DNA from: a virus
Taxonomy: Duplodnaviria; Caudoviricetes
Strand: one strand, 5' to 3'
Length of the DNA: 64,000 nt
IMG/VR virus record: IMGVR_UViG_3300021964_010723
Shown here: in pieces, positions 61,425 to 64,000 of the stretch
How positions within the stretch are numbered: position 1 is the stretch's first letter
Layout: each line of letters starts with the position of its first letter
Notes under the pieces: generated by a model
Seen by the model: the letters and a program-made list of their open reading frames with translations, nothing else
What the model was told of the DNA's origin: nothing
Databases searched by the model: none
Program-made: the position numbers and the translations under genes

Positions 61425-62269
61425 TTTTTTGGCTGATGCACTTCAGGATGTTGGTGAGTGCCACCAATTTCTTTATACTTGGCACCCATCTTGTCTAACA
61501 TACGCTTCATATGCGACATTTCCTCAGGAGTAGAAAATGTCATTACAGTATCAGAATCTTCATTCCCGTATTCTTTTGGATCTTGCTGTGCAAGTGTAGG
61601 ATAATGTTGTCCTAGCTTATACCAATCTAAGTCACCAGGTGTATCTATTACTAATGTTAATTTAGGTTGTGGAATAATTGTATCATGACCTACCATATGT
61701 GCTTCATTTACGTTTAAAAGTCCTTGTAATTTTTTAAACATGTCTTCTGCATAAGGTTGGGCAGCTTGTGTTATACCGGCTTGGAATGCATCAAAATCAT
61801 TATCCACTACAGTTTGTCTAAGTTTTGTTGCACTCATGCCTCGGGCTCCGGGATCGTCTGGATCTCTTTCTAATCTAACTAGATCAATATTATCAAAACT
61901 AAAGTTGTGCATTGCAGCTTCTACACCGTTATATTTTTTAATAACAGTGCCCATCTTAGCTTCACCTTCTAGATATATTAAATTTGTATATCCCATTTTG
62001 TATAATCTGTCTGCAGCAACTAAAGCATTTTTTGCTAAACCTACAGCAATATTATTAAAGCTTTTTTGTGCCCAATCTAATTTTTCTGCTGCTGACAAAG
62101 GGTCAGAAGGGAGTTTAGCAGGTCTATCACTTAAAAAGAGGAAAGCATCTCCAGGTTGTTTTACTATTTCTTGTACTAAAAGCTCATGACCATTTGTTGC
62201 AGGATTTAATCTGCCAAATGCAAATGCGGCAGTTTTACCAGGTGCTTCAAATAACTGTCTTAATCTCAC
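61421..62269 (-). CDS. HxGH nucleotidyltransferase (cytidylyltransferase-like) with C-terminal extension
   Basis: FGRLNPATNGH, MSATKLR. Confidence 0.75.
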   Translation of the reverse strand: MRLRQLFEAPGKTAAFAFGRLNPATNGHELLVQEIVKQPGDAFLFLSDRPAKLPSDPLSAAEKLDWAQKSFNNIAVGLAKNALVAADRLYKMGYTNLIYLEGEAKMGTVIKKYNGVEAAMHNFSFDNIDLVRLERDPDDPGARGMSATKLRQTVVDNDFDAFQAGITQAAQPYAEDMFKKLQGLLNVNEAHMVGHDTIIPQPKLTLVIDTPGDLDWYKLGQHYPTLAQQDPKEYGNEDSDTVMTFSTPEEMSHMKRMLDKMGAKYKEIGGTHQHPEVHQPKK

Positions 62270-62601
62270 TTATAATCACCTTTTTCTATCTGCTTTAATT
62301 CTTCTTCACGTATTTTATTCAATAATCTACGTCTATGGTCTTCGTGGAAGATGTCATCTGGCATATTAGCAAGTTTATATTCCTTGCAGTAACTGTTTAT
62401 GCCTCTTGTAACCATAGGCGACAATATTGAATCAGGATCAAAAGAAGATCCTCCCCTATGCATATCAGCCATTTTAGCAACAGTAGGGTAATAATCTTTC
62501 CTATAAAACATAGGATTATTACGCATGAATACTAAAGCATCGTCTACTAAATCAAAATCAATATCTTTTTTTAGGTTAATTCCTAACTCATCTAATCTCA
62601 T
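62266..62601 (-). CDS. Hypothetical protein
   Basis: Start reassigned to ATG 62601 (MRLDELG), one base after the upstream TAA. Confidence 0.7.
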   Translation of the reverse strand: MRLDELGINLKKDIDFDLVDDALVFMRNNPMFYRKDYYPTVAKMADMHRGGSSFDPDSILSPMVTRGINSYCKEYKLANMPDDIFHEDHRRRLLNKIREEELKQIEKGDYK

Positions 62602-62602
62602 A

Positions 62603-62869
62603 TTACCACGCTCTACATGACCAGTATCTAGCTTTATGTCTAGGTCCTGGATTATCACAGTTGTGTCTTGCTCTAAAACTTTTTCTTCTTTCTGGATTAT
62701 TTTTCTTAATAGTCATATTAGGATCACCAAAGTTGACCTTTACAACATTACCTTTTGGATTTTTAACATAAACTTTTGATTTTTTAACATCGCCTTGCAT
62801 AGGCTTACCAAGAGGTACATCTCTGCCTTGGTACTCAGCTTCGGTATTAAATATCTCAGAAACTAACAT
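62603..62869 (-). CDS. Small basic protein with FRARHNC..RYWSC motif
   Basis: VKVNFGD..RRKSFRARHNCD..KARYWSCRAW; ATAAATA at 62875-62881. Confidence 0.7.
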   Translation of the reverse strand: MLVSEIFNTEAEYQGRDVPLGKPMQGDVKKSKVYVKNPKGNVVKVNFGDPNMTIKKNNPERRKSFRARHNCDNPGPRHKARYWSCRAW

Positions 62870-62873
62870 ATTG

Positions 62874-63587
62874 TTATTTATCTAAATCTTTGCGATAAAC
62901 AAGCTCGTCAGTACGTCCTAGACTATTTCCTGCCATTAAAGTTACAAGTGTTAAGACAGATTTATCACGTACATACATCAAACATCCCTCTAGTCCATAA
63001 CCTTTTTCCATATATTCTAATGTGCTTGCAGATACTTTTACTTTATCACTGTTGTTCTTACACCATTTACCAAAACTAGGAATACCTTTGTTACTGTTAA
63101 ATTTAACTTTCCATTTGTATTCTGGAGGCTTGTCAACAAGGATAATATGACCATTCGCTAACAATGCCTCGACATATTTAGGATCTGGTTGATGGAATTC
63201 TTGAGCACATTCGATTCTAGTAGCCATTTCTAATAACCATGCTTTATCATTTGCGTAAAACTTACCAGTATATGGCCAATCTATCCTAATCTTAAATTCT
63301 CTACTAACTAATTTTTCAGTAAGACATTTATAAATTGTTTGTGCATCCCTAAAATGACGATATTTAATTTTGCCGTTGCTAATATCGTCACGTATATGAT
63401 GCGGTATATCTGAGGTTAATCTATGCTTATCTTCAAAGTAAAGGCGAAGCCCGTCGAGTATTCTCATTGCCCAAGCAGGACCACTTGATTGGCAGTTACG
63501 AAAAATTACCAGTAAAGGATTTTGGCATTTCAGCGCATAAAGATATTCATTATAAAATAACTTATTTGTCTCAATGTGCTGCAACAT
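62874..63587 (-). CDS. Hypothetical protein
   Basis: 237 aa coupled to clpA end. Confidence 0.7.
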   Translation of the reverse strand: MLQHIETNKLFYNEYLYALKCQNPLLVIFRNCQSSGPAWAMRILDGLRLYFEDKHRLTSDIPHHIRDDISNGKIKYRHFRDAQTIYKCLTEKLVSREFKIRIDWPYTGKFYANDKAWLLEMATRIECAQEFHQPDPKYVEALLANGHIILVDKPPEYKWKVKFNSNKGIPSFGKWCKNNSDKVKVSASTLEYMEKGYGLEGCLMYVRDKSVLTLVTLMAGNSLGRTDELVYRKDLDK

Positions 63588-64000
63588 GCTCCTCCTCTAC
63601 TGTAATATCAAACTCGTTATCTTTAATAACGATCTTACATTTTCCGCCATTTTTTAAACTACCAAACAACATTGCTTTACTAAGCGGTTTTTTAATTTCT
63701 CTATCAATAATCCTCTGCAATGGTCTTGCACCCATCTTGCTGTCATATCCTTTCTCTACGAGCATGTCAAGTGCTTCGTCATCGATTGATATTGTGATAT
63801 TTTTGTGCTGTACCTGTTGTCTAAGTGCATATAAAAATTTGCCTACAATTTTCATCATAGTTTCTTTGCTTAATTTGCCAAATGTGACAACACCGTCGAG
63901 CCTATTCCTAAATTCTGGAGCAAAAAAGTTTTTGAGTTCTGTATCTGAATACGTCTGATCAAACTCATTACCAAAGCCTATAGTGTTTTTCTCTGCTTCT
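63571..64000 (-). CDS. clpA: ClpA/ClpB-family AAA+ chaperone, C-terminal part (5' end outside window)
   Basis: Frame open to the window edge: IGF..FAPEFRNRLDG..GYDSKMGARPLQRII. Confidence 0.9.
   Translation of the reverse strand, partial: EAEKNTIGFGNEFDQTYSDTELKNFFAPEFRNRLDGVVTFGKLSKETMMKIVGKFLYALRQQVQHKNITISIDDEALDMLVEKGYDSKMGARPLQRIIDREIKKPLSKAMLFGSLKNGGKCKIVIKDNEFDITVEEEHVAAH

Noticed and set aside
62602-62658. N-terminal extension MIIQDLDIK.. of ORF 62266-62658
   Set aside because: It overlaps the conserved C-terminus of 62603-62869 in another frame; the ATG at 62601 follows that gene's stop directly.

Overview
AT-rich, densely coding segment of a large T4-related tailed phage genome. 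Evidence for this: gp43-type family B DNA polymerase, gp45-type sliding clamp, RNase H, DsbA-like protein, tail-fibre-like protein and TATAAATA-type motifs. No tRNA, rRNA, CRISPR array or integrase was recognised. Bases 1-25173 (+ strand) are an enzyme array: 10 twitch/SPASM-type radical SAM genes, 3 B12-binding radical SAMs, 8 Asp/Asn-beta-hydroxylase-like 2OG-Fe(II) oxygenases (7 in tandem), nitroreductase, SDR, SGNH-like and sulfotransferase genes. From 25161 to the end all credible genes are on the - strand: a desaturase/PLP-enzyme/hydroxylase/sulfotransferase cassette, a tail-fibre-like gene, MoxR/vWA, RNase H, folE-queE, a purine/transport auxiliary island (rpe, BMP, sbmA, purT, purA, PRTase), a TGT/DpdA-DpdL-glycosyltransferase cluster, clamp, DNA polymerase, small probable head proteins and the 3' end of clpA. 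Top observations: (1) the 1178-aa ORF 51546-55082 is a complete second sliding-clamp sequence split into four pieces by insertion of about seven beta-rich repeats (one nested in another) and a cupredoxin-like domain; (2) a 7-deazaguanine DNA-modification cluster ending in a glycosyltransferase; (3) the radical SAM/oxygenase array with no obvious substrate; (4) a compact folE leader with two mutually exclusive hairpins. All family assignments come from motif recognition by eye; no searches were run.
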